From NCBI GenBank assembly GCA_040218735.1, contig JAVJQW010000017.1, positions 160,001-224,000 of the forward strand: DNA of 64,000 bases, given 5' to 3'. Source of the stretch: Deltaproteobacteria bacterium (GTDB lineage Bacteria; Myxococcota; Kuafuiibacteriia; Kuafuiibacteriales; Kuafuiibacteriaceae). The translations under genes were made by a program, and so were the position numbers. Positions 32,579 through 44,035 of the stretch are shown piece after piece. The first letter of the stretch is position 1, and each line of letters starts with the position of its first letter. The notes below the pieces were generated by a model. The model ran no database searches, had not been told where the DNA came from, and was given only the letters and a program-made list of their open reading frames with translations.

Positions 32579-34444
32579 ATGGACATCGTCACTGCGATGC
32601 GTCTGCTCACCAAGACGTTCGATATCGGCCCCGAGGGCTCGACGCCGCCCCCGGGACTCGACGCGCACGGTCTGATCGGCGACGGCCTCACGTGCGCCCT
32701 CGTCCGCGTGGACGGCGCGATCGACTGGCTGTGTTTCCCGCGCTTCGACTCACCGAGTGTCTTCGGCGCCGCGCTCGACGAGGAAGACGGCGGACGCCTC
32801 CAGGTCGCACCGAAGCAGCGCCCGTTCACCTCGCGCCAGAAGTACGAACCCGAGACCAACGTGCTCGAGACCCTCTTCGAGGTCCCCGGGCAAGGCGCGG
32901 TGCGCATCACCGACTTCATGCCGTGGATGGACGACGACCGCGCGTCCTACCACGAGGTCCACCGACGCATCGAAGGGGTGTCGGGGACCGTGCCGTTGGA
33001 GATCATCTTCGACCCGCGCTTCGACTACGCGCGCACCCGCCCGAACATCGAGCGCAGCCCGCACGGCGCCGTCGCGCGCCACGGCCGCGACACGCTGTGC
33101 CTCGCGCTGCGCGAGGACGTCGCGTCGACGATCGAGGAGCGCAAACAGGGCGGCGTGAAGTTCGAGACGAGCGTGCGCCCCGGCGAGCACCACTGGGTGA
33201 TCGCGTCGTGGGGCGGCCCGACCGTCGCACCGCTCCCGCAGTACCGCGCGTGGGAGCTACTCCGCGCGACGCGTAAGTCGTGGCGCCACTGGATCGCCAA
33301 CGGCTTCTCGTACGAGGGGCCGTGGCGTCACCACGTGATGCGATCGGCGCTCGTGCTGAAGCTCCTCCAGTACGCACCCACGGGCGCGATGGTCGCGGCG
33401 CCGACCACGTCGCTCCCGGAGTGGCTGGGCGGCGAACGCAACTGGGACTACCGCTACGCGTGGACGCGCGACTCCGCGATGAGCGTGCGCTCGATGAACC
33501 GCATCGGCTACGGCCCGGAGGCGCAGCAGTTCTTCCACTTCGTGCGCGACGTGCTCGACACGACGCCACACGTCCCGGTGATGACGACGATCGACGGCGC
33601 GCCGGTGCCCGAAGAAGAGATCCTCGAACACCTCGCGGGCCACCTCGGCTCACGCCCGGTGCGCATCGGCAACGGCGCCAAGTCGCAGACGCAGCTCGAC
33701 TGCAGCGGTTACCTCCTCGACGCCGCGCACGTGTACGAACACACCGGCGGCTCGCTGACGCTGCGCGTGTGGCGGCACCTCGTCGAAGCCGTCGACGAGA
33801 CGTGCCGGCGTTGGTCGGATCCGGACCACGGCATCTGGGAGCCGCGCCGCCCGCCGCGCCACAACGTCCACACGAAGCTCATGGCGTGGGTCACGCTGGA
33901 CCGCGCGCTCGACATCGCGCCGCTGTTCGGCGGCATCGCGCAGGAGGCCACCTGGCGCACCACGCGCGACGCCATCCGGGACGCCATCCGCTCGGAGGGC
34001 ACCACGGCGGACGGGAAGTACTACCGACCGATCCTCGGCGACGGTCACGACGAAGACGTCGACGCCGCGCTCCTCGTGATGAACCGCTACGGCTTCACCG
34101 AGCGCGGCGACCCACGAAACCTCGCCACCATCCGTCACATCCGCGACGTGCTCACGGAGAACGGGTTCATGCGCCGCTACATGAGCAACGACGGCGTGCC
34201 GGGTCACGAGGGTGCGTTTGTACTGTGCGGGTTCTGGCTCGCGGAGGCGCTCGCGCTGGAGGGCGCGATCGACGAAGCGCTCGACGTCTTCAACCGCCAC
34301 ATCGACGCGACGAACCACCTAGGGCTGCTCGCGGAGGAGGTCGACGCCAATACGCTGCAGGGGCTGGGCAACTTCCCGCAGGCCTTCAGCCACCTGGGGC
34401 TGATCGACGCGGCGTACATCCTCAACCGCTCCCTCGAACACTAG
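32579..34444 (+). CDS. Glycoside hydrolase family 15 (trehalase/glucoamylase-like)
   Basis: IDWLCFPRFDSPSVF, VAAPTTSLPE, RNWDYRYAW, GIWE, EGAF, GNFPQAFSH. Confidence 0.93.
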   Translation: MDIVTAMRLLTKTFDIGPEGSTPPPGLDAHGLIGDGLTCALVRVDGAIDWLCFPRFDSPSVFGAALDEEDGGRLQVAPKQRPFTSRQKYEPETNVLETLFEVPGQGAVRITDFMPWMDDDRASYHEVHRRIEGVSGTVPLEIIFDPRFDYARTRPNIERSPHGAVARHGRDTLCLALREDVASTIEERKQGGVKFETSVRPGEHHWVIASWGGPTVAPLPQYRAWELLRATRKSWRHWIANGFSYEGPWRHHVMRSALVLKLLQYAPTGAMVAAPTTSLPEWLGGERNWDYRYAWTRDSAMSVRSMNRIGYGPEAQQFFHFVRDVLDTTPHVPVMTTIDGAPVPEEEILEHLAGHLGSRPVRIGNGAKSQTQLDCSGYLLDAAHVYEHTGGSLTLRVWRHLVEAVDETCRRWSDPDHGIWEPRRPPRHNVHTKLMAWVTLDRALDIAPLFGGIAQEATWRTTRDAIRDAIRSEGTTADGKYYRPILGDGHDEDVDAALLVMNRYGFTERGDPRNLATIRHIRDVLTENGFMRRYMSNDGVPGHEGAFVLCGFWLAEALALEGAIDEALDVFNRHIDATNHLGLLAEEVDANTLQGLGNFPQAFSHLGLIDAAYILNRSLEH

Positions 34445-34530
34445 AAGACGGCGAGGAGGGCGCCGAGCGCGAGCGCGAGTCCGACGTCGAAGGCCATCCA
34501 GCCGAGCGAGCGGTTGCGGAGGTCGATCAT
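34441..34530 (-). CDS. Putative 29-aa membrane peptide (MIDLRNRSLGWMAFDVGLALALGALLAVF)
   Basis: Single hydrophobic C-terminal helix; sigma54-like promoter directly upstream. Confidence 0.5.
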   Translation of the reverse strand: MIDLRNRSLGWMAFDVGLALALGALLAVF

Positions 34531-34542
34531 GCCCGTGACCAA

Positions 34543-34558
34543 CGCACGGCGTGTGCCA
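34543..34558 (-). promoter_or_regulatory. Putative sigma54 -24/-12 promoter
   Basis: Minus strand TGGCAC-ACGCC-GTGCG (GG-N10-GC); GTGTCATGACAC palindrome and GACAC repeats upstream at 34592-34638. Confidence 0.6.
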
Positions 34559-34648
34559 GCCTGAATCACGCGTCCGCGGCGATTCGACGCCGTGTCATGA
34601 CACGACGGTCGTGACACAGCGACACAAAGCCCGGACACGCTTCGACGC

Positions 34649-36157
34649 TCAGCGCACCTGTTGCAGCAACCAGCCGTAGATGTCGTGGCCCGCGGACAGA
34701 TCGTAGGTCTGTGTCCACGAGTCGTGCGGGACGCCCGGGTAGGTGGTGAGGATGGCGTCGTCGCGCACCGGGCACGCGATGAGGTTGTTCATCGCCTGGA
34801 TGGTGCCCTGCGGGCTGACGACGGTGTCGCCCGTCCCGTGGAAGCCCCAGATCGCGACCGCGCCCAATGCGCAACCTGCGTTGCTGAACGCGTTGCGTCC
34901 GTCGCCCGCGATGAGCACCGCGCCCGCGACCTGACTGTCGAGGTGCACGCCGAGGTAGTTCCACGAGCCGATCGCGCCACAGCTCAGGCCGGTCAGGTGC
35001 ACGCGGTTGGGGTCGACGTTGTAGTTACTGACCGCCCACGCGATGAACGACTGGATCTCCGAAACGCCGGGGCAGCCACCGCCGGGGTGCTGCGGGGACA
35101 GCACGACCCACGGCCGGCTGTTCGGCCACTGGTCGTCGTCGATCAAACGCGGCGGGCCGTTCACGAGGACGCGGAAGAGGTCCGTCGATCCGTTCCCGTT
35201 CTCACCGACGCCGTGCCAGAAGACCATCAGCGGGTACGGCGCGCCCGACGCGTTGTAGTTCGGCGGGAGGTACTCGTAGAAGCCGTTGCCCGCGCCGGTG
35301 GTACCGAGGGGGCGCGCCGTGTGTCGCGTCGATGAGTTGCCGCCGCCGACCATGCCGCCGTCCCGCGGGCCACCGACGCCGCCGTCGAAGGACGAGCTGC
35401 CGATCGCGGGGATTGCAGTCTCCGCTTGGGAGGGGCTCGACCACAACAGGCGAATCACCGCGTCGAAGCCGGAGTCGTAGTACTCGAGCCGGATGTCGTA
35501 GGTCTGACCGGCCGTGAGCATCATCGTGCCGGTGTCGCGGGTGACACCGTGGTCGGTCCAGTTGTCGATGACCGCGTTGCCGTTGACGAAGAGGCGCACG
35601 CCGTCGTCCGACTCGGTGATGAACGTGTAGGTCTCCGAGTAGTCGGCCTGCACCGTCGCGGTCCAACGGATGGAGAAGTTGTCGACCGGGACGCCGGGCT
35701 GCGGCGAGCCCGCGCCCCAGTTGAAGTCGATGAACGCATCCTGGCGCGTCTCGATCGGCGAGCCGCCGAGCGCGGTGCCGAGGTAGACCTGCCCGTTGAA
35801 GAGCGCCTGGACCCCGCCGTCTCGCATGTTCTGCGGACCACCGTCGCGCGGGGGTTGCACACCACCGTCGCGCGGACCGGCGTCACGCACCGGGCCGGCG
35901 TCACGCGGCGGACCACCGTCGCGCGGCGGGCCGGCGTCGCGGTTGGGATCGAAGCCACCGTCGCGCGGCACGCCGCCGTCGGTGAAGCCCGCGTCGACGT
36001 TCGGGCCCCCGTCGCGCGGCACGGCCGGGCCGCCGTCGCGGTCGCCGGGCAGGATGATGATCTTGCCGCCGCCTCCGTCCCGAGCGTCGCCGTCTACGTC
36101 ACCCGCGCACCCCACGAACAGGAGACACGCCACCGCGATCGAGAACCGAACGGACAT
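34649..36157 (-). CDS. Lipoprotein: DGG-repeat linker, PA14 domain, alpha/beta-hydrolase (esterase/peptidase) domain
   Basis: LLFVG-C lipobox; (RDGG/DAGP)n; DNFSIRW..YTF..SDDGVRLFVNG..IDNW; HGVGE, GLSCGA, FHGTGDTVV, HDSW. Confidence 0.85.
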   Translation of the reverse strand: MSVRFSIAVACLLFVGCAGDVDGDARDGGGGKIIILPGDRDGGPAVPRDGGPNVDAGFTDGGVPRDGGFDPNRDAGPPRDGGPPRDAGPVRDAGPRDGGVQPPRDGGPQNMRDGGVQALFNGQVYLGTALGGSPIETRQDAFIDFNWGAGSPQPGVPVDNFSIRWTATVQADYSETYTFITESDDGVRLFVNGNAVIDNWTDHGVTRDTGTMMLTAGQTYDIRLEYYDSGFDAVIRLLWSSPSQAETAIPAIGSSSFDGGVGGPRDGGMVGGGNSSTRHTARPLGTTGAGNGFYEYLPPNYNASGAPYPLMVFWHGVGENGNGSTDLFRVLVNGPPRLIDDDQWPNSRPWVVLSPQHPGGGCPGVSEIQSFIAWAVSNYNVDPNRVHLTGLSCGAIGSWNYLGVHLDSQVAGAVLIAGDGRNAFSNAGCALGAVAIWGFHGTGDTVVSPQGTIQAMNNLIACPVRDDAILTTYPGVPHDSWTQTYDLSAGHDIYGWLLQQVR

Positions 36158-36204
36158 CGCTCGGCATTGTCCACACATTCGCCTCTGCGACCAAGCTCGG
36201 GAGG

Positions 36205-36408
36205 TTACTCGAACGCCTTCTTCGCCTTGTCGAGCGCATCCCCCGCGGCATCCATGGTCTTCCCGACGGCGTTCCGCTCCCAGTAGAAACACAGCGGCCC
36301 CGCCTCGGCCTTGCAGTCGGTGCCGACATCGTCCGCCTGCGAACGACCGACCACGCCCCACGACAGGACCGCGAGCAACACGAACAACACCAACGCGACC
36401 TTCTTCAT
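36205..36408 (-). CDS. Small secreted protein
   Basis: MKK + hydrophobic signal ending SQA; AGGAG RBS; two Cys. Confidence 0.7.
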   Translation of the reverse strand: MKKVALVLFVLLAVLSWGVVGRSQADDVGTDCKAEAGPLCFYWERNAVGKTMDAAGDALDKAKKAFE

Positions 36409-36415
36409 GACGCTC

Positions 36416-38065
36416 CTACTTGGCGCGCTCCGTCAGCCAACCGACGAGGTCCTTCAGCACCTCCGGCGACCACCGACGCCCACGATCCGCGTACGCCTCG
36501 AGCGTGGACGGCCCGGGCGTCGACTTCATCAGGTGATCGACGTCCGCGAACACGAACAGCTTCGCCTGACGACGCTTCCGCTTGTTGATCGCCTTCTCCA
36601 TCGCCTGCGCGTCGTCCTTCCACGAAGTCTCGAAGTCCTTCAGCCCCTGGAACACCGCGATCGGCTCTTCGACCTTCACCAGCTCACCGTCGACGTTCAA
36701 CTTCGACGCGCTCATCACGCGCCCCTGCGCCTCGCGGTACAACGCCACGATGCGCTGCGGGACCTGCGTCTCCGCAGCCGCGCTCCCGGAGAACAACGAC
36801 AACAGCACGTTCATTCTCCGCACCGCTTCGTCCGGCTTCGTGTCGTGTAGCTTCACCTCGCGCTCGGCGAGCACCTCGGGCACCGCGCGATAGGGCGTCG
36901 ACACGAGCACCAACCCCGCGAGCTCGACACGCTGCGCGACGAGGATCGCCTCGATCGCACCGAAGCCGTGCCCGATGACGAACAGCTTCTCCGGGTCCAC
37001 GCCCTTCTGCCGCTTCAGGAAGTCGAGCATCGCCTCCGCGTCGGACGCGCGCTGCTGCACGGTGACCTTCGACGGCTCGATGTCCGTCCGCGACGTCCCG
37101 ACGCCGCGATCGTCGAGGCGCAACACCGCGAAGCCCTCCTCCGCGAGGTGGTCGAACAGCTCCCACCGACCGTAGTCGACGGTGTGTCCGAAGCCGTGGC
37201 GGTTCGTCGCCGGCAGATCACCGAGCACCACCACGCCGGGCGCCAGCCCGTTCGACCAGCGCGCGCGGAGCGTCGGCACCGACAACACGCCGGCGTAACG
37301 ACCCTGCTCCACGTCGACGAGCACCTCGCGGTCCTCCCACGTCGCGGAGCGCGGGCGCTCGTAGCTCGCGGGTTGCGGCACGGGGAGCAGGCGCGGCGGA
37401 TCACTCGGCTTCGCCTCCAGCACGTACTTGCTCCCGTCGGCGCGCTCGAACGTCTTCACGTAACCGCGCGCGTCGAACGTCGCCTTGCCGCCCGGGAGCT
37501 GCACGACGGTGTTGCGGCTCGCGTCCGCGAAGACCTGCACGGGGACCGCCTCGGGTTCACCGGTCGACGGGATCCAGGTCGCGATCTTCCCGCTCTGGCC
37601 GGGCTCGAGCCCCGACTGACGCACCGCCGCGGCGATCGCGAGGAGGTCGTCACGACCGAGCATCAACGCACGCGACGCCACGTCGTACGGGACCTTCCGC
37701 TGCGCGATGTCGGTGATGATGCTGAGGAAACCGTCACGCGCCGCGACCTGCAGACGCCCCTCCACCGAGGACAGCCGCTTGTACGCGAGGAGTGATCCGT
37801 CCTCGCGCGTCGTCGTCGCGTACTCGACCGTCGCCGCGGCCGGGTCGCCGTAGGCCACGCGCGTCACGAGCTCGAGGCGCCCGTCACCGCGGGACACGCG
37901 GCCGTGCGCGCGACCGAGCGTACGCCCGGCGCCGTCCTGCAGGACGTACGTGACGACGTCCCCGTCCGCGAACGCCTCCCCGCCCGACGCGGGCTTCACG
38001 TCGACGTCCGGCGTGCTGCCTCCGCACGCGAAGAGAACAGAACAGGCGATCGGCAAGTAGCGCAT
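36416..38065 (-). CDS. Lipoprotein with alpha/beta-hydrolase C-terminal domain
   Basis: VLFA-C lipobox; GFAVLRLDDRGVG, VIGHGFGA, QGLKD, VDHLM; TGATG coupling to hbd. Confidence 0.82.
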   Translation of the reverse strand: MRYLPIACSVLFACGGSTPDVDVKPASGGEAFADGDVVTYVLQDGAGRTLGRAHGRVSRGDGRLELVTRVAYGDPAAATVEYATTTREDGSLLAYKRLSSVEGRLQVAARDGFLSIITDIAQRKVPYDVASRALMLGRDDLLAIAAAVRQSGLEPGQSGKIATWIPSTGEPEAVPVQVFADASRNTVVQLPGGKATFDARGYVKTFERADGSKYVLEAKPSDPPRLLPVPQPASYERPRSATWEDREVLVDVEQGRYAGVLSVPTLRARWSNGLAPGVVVLGDLPATNRHGFGHTVDYGRWELFDHLAEEGFAVLRLDDRGVGTSRTDIEPSKVTVQQRASDAEAMLDFLKRQKGVDPEKLFVIGHGFGAIEAILVAQRVELAGLVLVSTPYRAVPEVLAEREVKLHDTKPDEAVRRMNVLLSLFSGSAAAETQVPQRIVALYREAQGRVMSASKLNVDGELVKVEEPIAVFQGLKDFETSWKDDAQAMEKAINKRKRRQAKLFVFADVDHLMKSTPGPSTLEAYADRGRRWSPEVLKDLVGWLTERAK

Positions 38066-38916
38066 CAGTACTGATAGAAACCGCGTCCGGACTTCTTGCC
38101 CAGCCACCCGGCGTCGACGTACCGCCTCAGCAGCGGCGCCGGCCTATACTTGCTGTCCCCGAGCCCCGCGTGCAGCACCTCCATGATGGAGAGGCACGTG
38201 TCGAGGCCGATGAAGTCGGCGAGCTGAAGCGGCCCCATCGGCTGGTTCGTCCCGAGCTTCATGCCGGTGTCGATGTCCTCCGGCGTGCCGAGCCCTTCCT
38301 GCAGCGCGACGACCGCTTCGTTGATCATCGGCATCAGGATCCGGTTCACGATGAACCCCGGCTGATCGTCGGCCTTCACCGTCGTCTTGCCGAGCTTCTC
38401 CGCGAGCGTGCGCGTCTCCTGCAGCGTGATCTCGCTGGTCTGAAGCCCCGGGATGATCTCCACGAGCTTCATCACCGGCACCGGGTTCATGAAGTGCATC
38501 CCGATGAAGCGGTCCGGCGACTTCGTCGACGCCGCGAGCCGAGTGATCGAGATCGACGACGTGTTCGAAGCGAGGATCGCGGAGTCCTTCACGACCCCGT
38601 CCACCGCCTGGAACACCTTCTTCTTCACGGCCTCCTTCTCGGTGACCGCCTCGACCACGAAGTCGACCTCCGCGAGCCCCTCGATCGACGCCGCGCCGCT
38701 CACGCGCGCGAGGATGTCCGACTGATCGTTCGCCGTGAGCCGACCCTTCGACACCAGCCGATCCAACCCGGACCGAATCTTCTCGATGCCCGACTCGACC
38801 GCGGCCTCGTCCACGTCACACAGCACCACGCGCAAGCCAGCTTGCGCGCTCACCTGCGCGATCCCCGCACCCATCTGGCCGGCGCCGATGACGCCGATCC
38901 GCTCGATCCCCGCCAC
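38065..38916 (-). CDS. hbd: 3-hydroxybutyryl-CoA dehydrogenase
   Basis: IGAGQMGAGIA, LASNTSSISIT, GMHFMNPVP, PGFIVNR, PMGPL. Confidence 0.95.
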   Translation of the reverse strand: MAGIERIGVIGAGQMGAGIAQVSAQAGLRVVLCDVDEAAVESGIEKIRSGLDRLVSKGRLTANDQSDILARVSGAASIEGLAEVDFVVEAVTEKEAVKKKVFQAVDGVVKDSAILASNTSSISITRLAASTKSPDRFIGMHFMNPVPVMKLVEIIPGLQTSEITLQETRTLAEKLGKTTVKADDQPGFIVNRILMPMINEAVVALQEGLGTPEDIDTGMKLGTNQPMGPLQLADFIGLDTCLSIMEVLHAGLGDSKYRPAPLLRRYVDAGWLGKKSGRGFYQY

Positions 38917-38919
38917 GAA

Positions 38920-40095
<1,176 letters not shown>

Positions 40096-40130
40096 TGTGC
40101 GCCGCAATATCCGAGCGCTCCGAGGCCTTG

Positions 40131-40511
40131 TCAACGTCGATCGGAACGTCGGTCGAGCGCGGCGAGCTCCGCTTCCGAGAAGACGCGCGAACGCGTGAGG
40201 AACCGCATCCCGGTGGGTGACTCCAGCGAAAAGCCCGCGCCGCGGCCCGGGACGGCGTCCAACACGAGCTGCGTGTGGCGCCACCGTTCGAACTGCGCGC
40301 CGCCGATGTAGACGGGGGTGTCCTCGATCGCACCGAGGAGCACGTCGCGCTCGCCGATCTTGAACTCACCCTCGGGGAAACACATCGGCGCGCTGCCGTC
40401 GCAGCACCCGCCCGACTGGTGAAAGATCAGCGCACCGTGCCGCGCGCGGAGCCGAGCGATCAGCTCGCGCGCGGCGTCGGTCGCGACCACCCTACGGAGG
40501 TCTGTCGCCAC
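40131..40511 (-). CDS. DUF779-family protein
   Basis: FHQSGGCCDGSAPMC, GRGAGFSLE; typical partner downstream of this ALDH type. Confidence 0.9.
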   Translation of the reverse strand: MATDLRRVVATDAARELIARLRARHGALIFHQSGGCCDGSAPMCFPEGEFKIGERDVLLGAIEDTPVYIGGAQFERWRHTQLVLDAVPGRGAGFSLESPTGMRFLTRSRVFSEAELAALDRRSDRR

Positions 40512-42031
40512 TAGAAGAAGCCCATCGGCTTGGCCGCGTAGCTCACCAGGAGGTTCTTGGTGCGCTGGTAGTGACCGAGCATCATCTTGTGGTTCTCGCG
40601 ACCGATCCCCGACTGCTTGTAACCACCGAAGGCCGCGTGCGCGGGGTACAGGTGGTAACAGTTGGTCCACACACGACCCGCTTCGACGGCGCGTCCGACG
40701 CGGTACGCGGTGTTCGTGTCGCGGGTCCACACGCCGGCGCCGAGGCCGTACAACGTGTCGTTGGCGATGCGGATGGCGTCGTCGGTGTCGTCGAACGAAG
40801 TGACCGAGACGACCGGGCCGAAGATCTCCTCCTGGAAGATGCGCATGTCGTTCGTGCCTTCGAACACCGTCGGCTGCACGTAGTAGCCGCCGGCGAGGTC
40901 ACCCGACAGCTCGGCGCGCGCGCCGCCCATCAGGACCTTGGCCCCCTCCTGCTTCCCGAGCTCGAGGTACGAGAGGATCTTCATGAGCTGATCGTTCGAC
41001 GCCTGCGCGCCGACCGTAGTGTTCGGATCCAGCGGGTTGCCCGGCACGTGTTTCTTCGCGCGCTCCACCGCCTTGGCGACGAACTCGGCGTAGAAGCTCT
41101 TCTGGACGAGCGCGCGCGACGGACACGTGCAGACCTCCCCCTGGTTGAGCGCAAACATGCCGAAGCCCTCGAGGCTCTTCTCGGCGAAGTCGTCGTCCTT
41201 CGCGAAGACGTCGTCGAAGAAGATGTTGGGTGACTTGCCCCCGAGCTCCAGCGTCACGGGGATCAGATTCTCCGACGCGTACTGCATGATCAGTCGCCCC
41301 GTCGTGGTCTCGCCCGTGAACGCGATCTTCGCGATCCGGTTCGAGGTCGCGAGCGGCTTTCCGGCTTCCACGCCAAAGCCGTTGACCACGTTCAGCACCC
41401 CCGGCGGGAGCAGGTCCCCCACCAGCTGCATCAACTTCAGGATGGTCGCCGGCGTCTGCTCCGCCGGCTTCAGCACGACCGCGTTCCCCGCGGCGAGCGC
41501 GGGCGCGAGCTTCCACGCCGCCATCAGGAGCGGGAAGTTCCACGGGATGATCTGGCCGACCACGCCGAGCGGCTCGTGGAAGTGGTACGCCACCGTGTCG
41601 TCGTCGAGCTCGGAGAGCGAACCCTCCTGCCCGCGGATGCAGCCCGCGAAGTAGCGGAAGTGATCGACGGTCAGCGGGAGGTCCGCCGCGAGCGTCTCGC
41701 GGACCGGCTTGCCGTTGTCCCAGGTCTCGGCGATCGCGAGCGCCTCGAGGTTGTCCTCGATGCGTTGCGCGATCTTCTCGAGGATGTTCGCGCGCTCGGT
41801 GACGGACGTCTTGCCCCACGAAGTCTTCGCGCGGTGCGCCGCTTCGATCGCGCTCTCGATGTCCCGATGATCGGAACGCGGGATCTCACAGAACGCCTGC
41901 CCGGTGACCGGCGTGATGTTCTCGAAGTACTGACCGCCCGCGGGCGCGACCCACTCCCCGCCGATGTAGTTGGCGTAGCGCGCGTCGAAGTCGACCTTGG
42001 ATCCGTTCTGATTGGGTGGTGTGTAGCTCAT
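40511..42031 (-). CDS. aldB: Aldehyde dehydrogenase (AldB/ExaC type)
   Basis: [50 protein letters not shown]. Confidence 0.93.
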   Translation of the reverse strand: MSYTPPNQNGSKVDFDARYANYIGGEWVAPAGGQYFENITPVTGQAFCEIPRSDHRDIESAIEAAHRAKTSWGKTSVTERANILEKIAQRIEDNLEALAIAETWDNGKPVRETLAADLPLTVDHFRYFAGCIRGQEGSLSELDDDTVAYHFHEPLGVVGQIIPWNFPLLMAAWKLAPALAAGNAVVLKPAEQTPATILKLMQLVGDLLPPGVLNVVNGFGVEAGKPLATSNRIAKIAFTGETTTGRLIMQYASENLIPVTLELGGKSPNIFFDDVFAKDDDFAEKSLEGFGMFALNQGEVCTCPSRALVQKSFYAEFVAKAVERAKKHVPGNPLDPNTTVGAQASNDQLMKILSYLELGKQEGAKVLMGGARAELSGDLAGGYYVQPTVFEGTNDMRIFQEEIFGPVVSVTSFDDTDDAIRIANDTLYGLGAGVWTRDTNTAYRVGRAVEAGRVWTNCYHLYPAHAAFGGYKQSGIGRENHKMMLGHYQRTKNLLVSYAAKPMGFF

Positions 42032-42055
42032 GGTGCCTCCTGAGCGCAGCCCTAG

Positions 42056-42071
42056 AGCAACCGGCGTTCCA
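42056..42071 (-). promoter_or_regulatory. sigma54 promoter of the aldehyde dehydrogenase operon
   Basis: Minus strand TGGAAC-GCCGG-TTGCT; divergent sigma54 activator gene; imperfect palindrome TGTAGCG-TTT-CGCTGCA at 42103-42119 as candidate enhancer. Confidence 0.8.
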
Positions 42072-42205
42072 CTCGATGGAACGGTCGGCTCTCCCGATGA
42101 CCTGTAGCGTTTCGCTGCAACTGCTTCGACGCGATACGTAGCGGCGCTTCAGCCGCGTCAGCGCCGGTTGCGGAGGGCTCCGCGTGCGTGGTTTCTTGAA
42201 GCGAC

Positions 42206-44032
42206 GTGCTGACCCTCTCGATCGAACGCGACGTCGCCGAGCGCTTCCCCATCCCCGATGAGCGCGCCGAGCCGGTGTTCGAACGTTGGCGCCGCGCCGT
42301 CGATTTGGTCGTCCGCTCCGACGGCCCCGCGCACCCCGAAGGCGTCGATGGGAGCGCGCTCGCCGTGCGGCGCGAACGACTCGAGACGACGTTTCGCCGC
42401 GACGATCTGCTGACGCCCGTACCGCGCGAGCTCATCGAGGCCGGCTACTCCGCGATCATCGCGGACGCCGACGGCTACATCATCGACGAGGCCACCAGCG
42501 ATCTCTTCGCCGGGACCGCGACACACGTTCGCCTGGTCCGCGGCGCGCGGTGGAGTGAAGCGACGCGCGGCACCAACGCGATCGGCACCGCGATCACCGA
42601 GGCCCAACCGATCGCCGTCGTCGGCGACGCGCACTACGAACGTCAAAACCGATCGCTCGTCTGTTACGCCGCACCGATCCGCGATCCGCGCGGGCGCGTG
42701 GTCGCCGTCTTCGATGTCACGTCACGCGTCGAGAACGCGAGCCCGTTGGTCGGTCCGCTCGTCACCGCGATCGCCGGCGCGCTGGAGCGCTCGCTCCACG
42801 AGGCGGCGTTCGCGCGGGCGGCGCCGGGCGGCCTCGCGACGTTGGAGCGCCTCGTGGAGATGGCGCCGGGGCGGGCGTGGCTCGTCGGCGCGGACGGACG
42901 TGTGCGGGCCGCGAACAGCGGGCGGTTCGGTGGGACCTTCGAGCTCGGTTGGTCGGAGCTGGAGCGCGCGATGTCGACGGACGGCGCTGCGATCCTCCCG
43001 AGCACCGACGAACGACTCGAGCTGCAGCCGGTGCCCGGCACGGACGGTGAGCCGATCGCGGTCGTCTGCTTCTCGCGTGGCGCGGCGCGACCGCGGGCTC
43101 GTTCGGTGCACCCGGCGTTCGACACGATCGCGGGGACCGACCCGGCGCTCGTCGACGCGCGCGCGCTCGCTTCACGGTTCGCGAGCTCGAACCTCCCGGT
43201 GATGCTCTTGGCCGAGACCGGCTCTGGCAAAGAGCTGTTCGCGCGTGCGCTCCACGCCGCGAGCTCACGCGCCGACGGGCCGTTCGTCGCGGTGAACTGC
43301 GGCGCGCTCGCGTCCTCGCTCTTGGAGTCGGAGCTGTTCGGTCACGCGCCGGGGGCATTCACGGGCGCGTCCGCGAAGGGCCGCGACGGAATGATCGGCG
43401 CCGCCTCGGGCGGGACGCTGTTCCTCGACGAGGTCGCGGAGATGTCGCCCGAGCTGCAAGCCTCCCTGCTCCGCGTCCTCGAGGACGGGTCGTACCGTCG
43501 CCTCGGCGAGACGTCGGTGCGCCACACGGACGTCCGGATCGTCACCGCGACGTGCCGAGATCTCCCTGCGATGGTGGAGTCCGGCGCGTTTCGCAACGAC
43601 CTGTACTACCGGCTGCGCGGGACGACGATTCGGCTCCCCTCCGTGCGCGCGCGGACGGATCGCATCGAGCTCGCGCGACACCTCCTCGAACGCCTCGCGC
43701 TCGAAGCGGGCCGTCCGGTGCCGCGGCTCGGTGAGAGCGCGCGCGAGAAGATCGAGGCCCACGATTGGCCGGGGAACGTGCGCGAGCTGAAGATGGCCTT
43801 GGCGCACGCGCTGGTCCTCGCGGACGACGTCATGGAAGCGGAGCACCTCCCGGACGACGCCCCCGTCACGCAGGCCCCCGTGTCTCACGCACCGCCGTCC
43901 CGGAGCGACGCGGAGCGCGAAGCGTTGGCTCGCGCGCTGGCTCAGGCGGACGGCAACCTGAGCGAAGCCGCTCGGATCCTCGGCGTGGCGCGAACGACGC
44001 TGTACCGCATGAAGCGGCGGCACCGACTCTGA
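42206..44032 (+). CDS. Sigma54-dependent activator, AcoR-like (GAF-AAA-HTH)
   Basis: [15 protein letters not shown]; [34 protein letters not shown]; Fis HTH. Confidence 0.93.
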   Translation: MLTLSIERDVAERFPIPDERAEPVFERWRRAVDLVVRSDGPAHPEGVDGSALAVRRERLETTFRRDDLLTPVPRELIEAGYSAIIADADGYIIDEATSDLFAGTATHVRLVRGARWSEATRGTNAIGTAITEAQPIAVVGDAHYERQNRSLVCYAAPIRDPRGRVVAVFDVTSRVENASPLVGPLVTAIAGALERSLHEAAFARAAPGGLATLERLVEMAPGRAWLVGADGRVRAANSGRFGGTFELGWSELERAMSTDGAAILPSTDERLELQPVPGTDGEPIAVVCFSRGAARPRARSVHPAFDTIAGTDPALVDARALASRFASSNLPVMLLAETGSGKELFARALHAASSRADGPFVAVNCGALASSLLESELFGHAPGAFTGASAKGRDGMIGAASGGTLFLDEVAEMSPELQASLLRVLEDGSYRRLGETSVRHTDVRIVTATCRDLPAMVESGAFRNDLYYRLRGTTIRLPSVRARTDRIELARHLLERLALEAGRPVPRLGESAREKIEAHDWPGNVRELKMALAHALVLADDVMEAEHLPDDAPVTQAPVSHAPPSRSDAEREALARALAQADGNLSEAARILGVARTTLYRMKRRHRL

Positions 44033-44035
44033 CGT

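Noticed and set aside
30286-34444. otsA/otsB divergent from GH15 as a novel system
   Set aside because: Common trehalose synthesis/turnover arrangement.
35800-36090. RDGG/DAGP repeats (and the GPT repeat at 28993-29049) as novel DNA repeats
   Set aside because: Degenerate at DNA level; ordinary low-complexity lipoprotein linkers.
40131-44032. AcoR-like activator/ALDH/DUF779 module
   Set aside because: Well-known conserved module; listed as features only.
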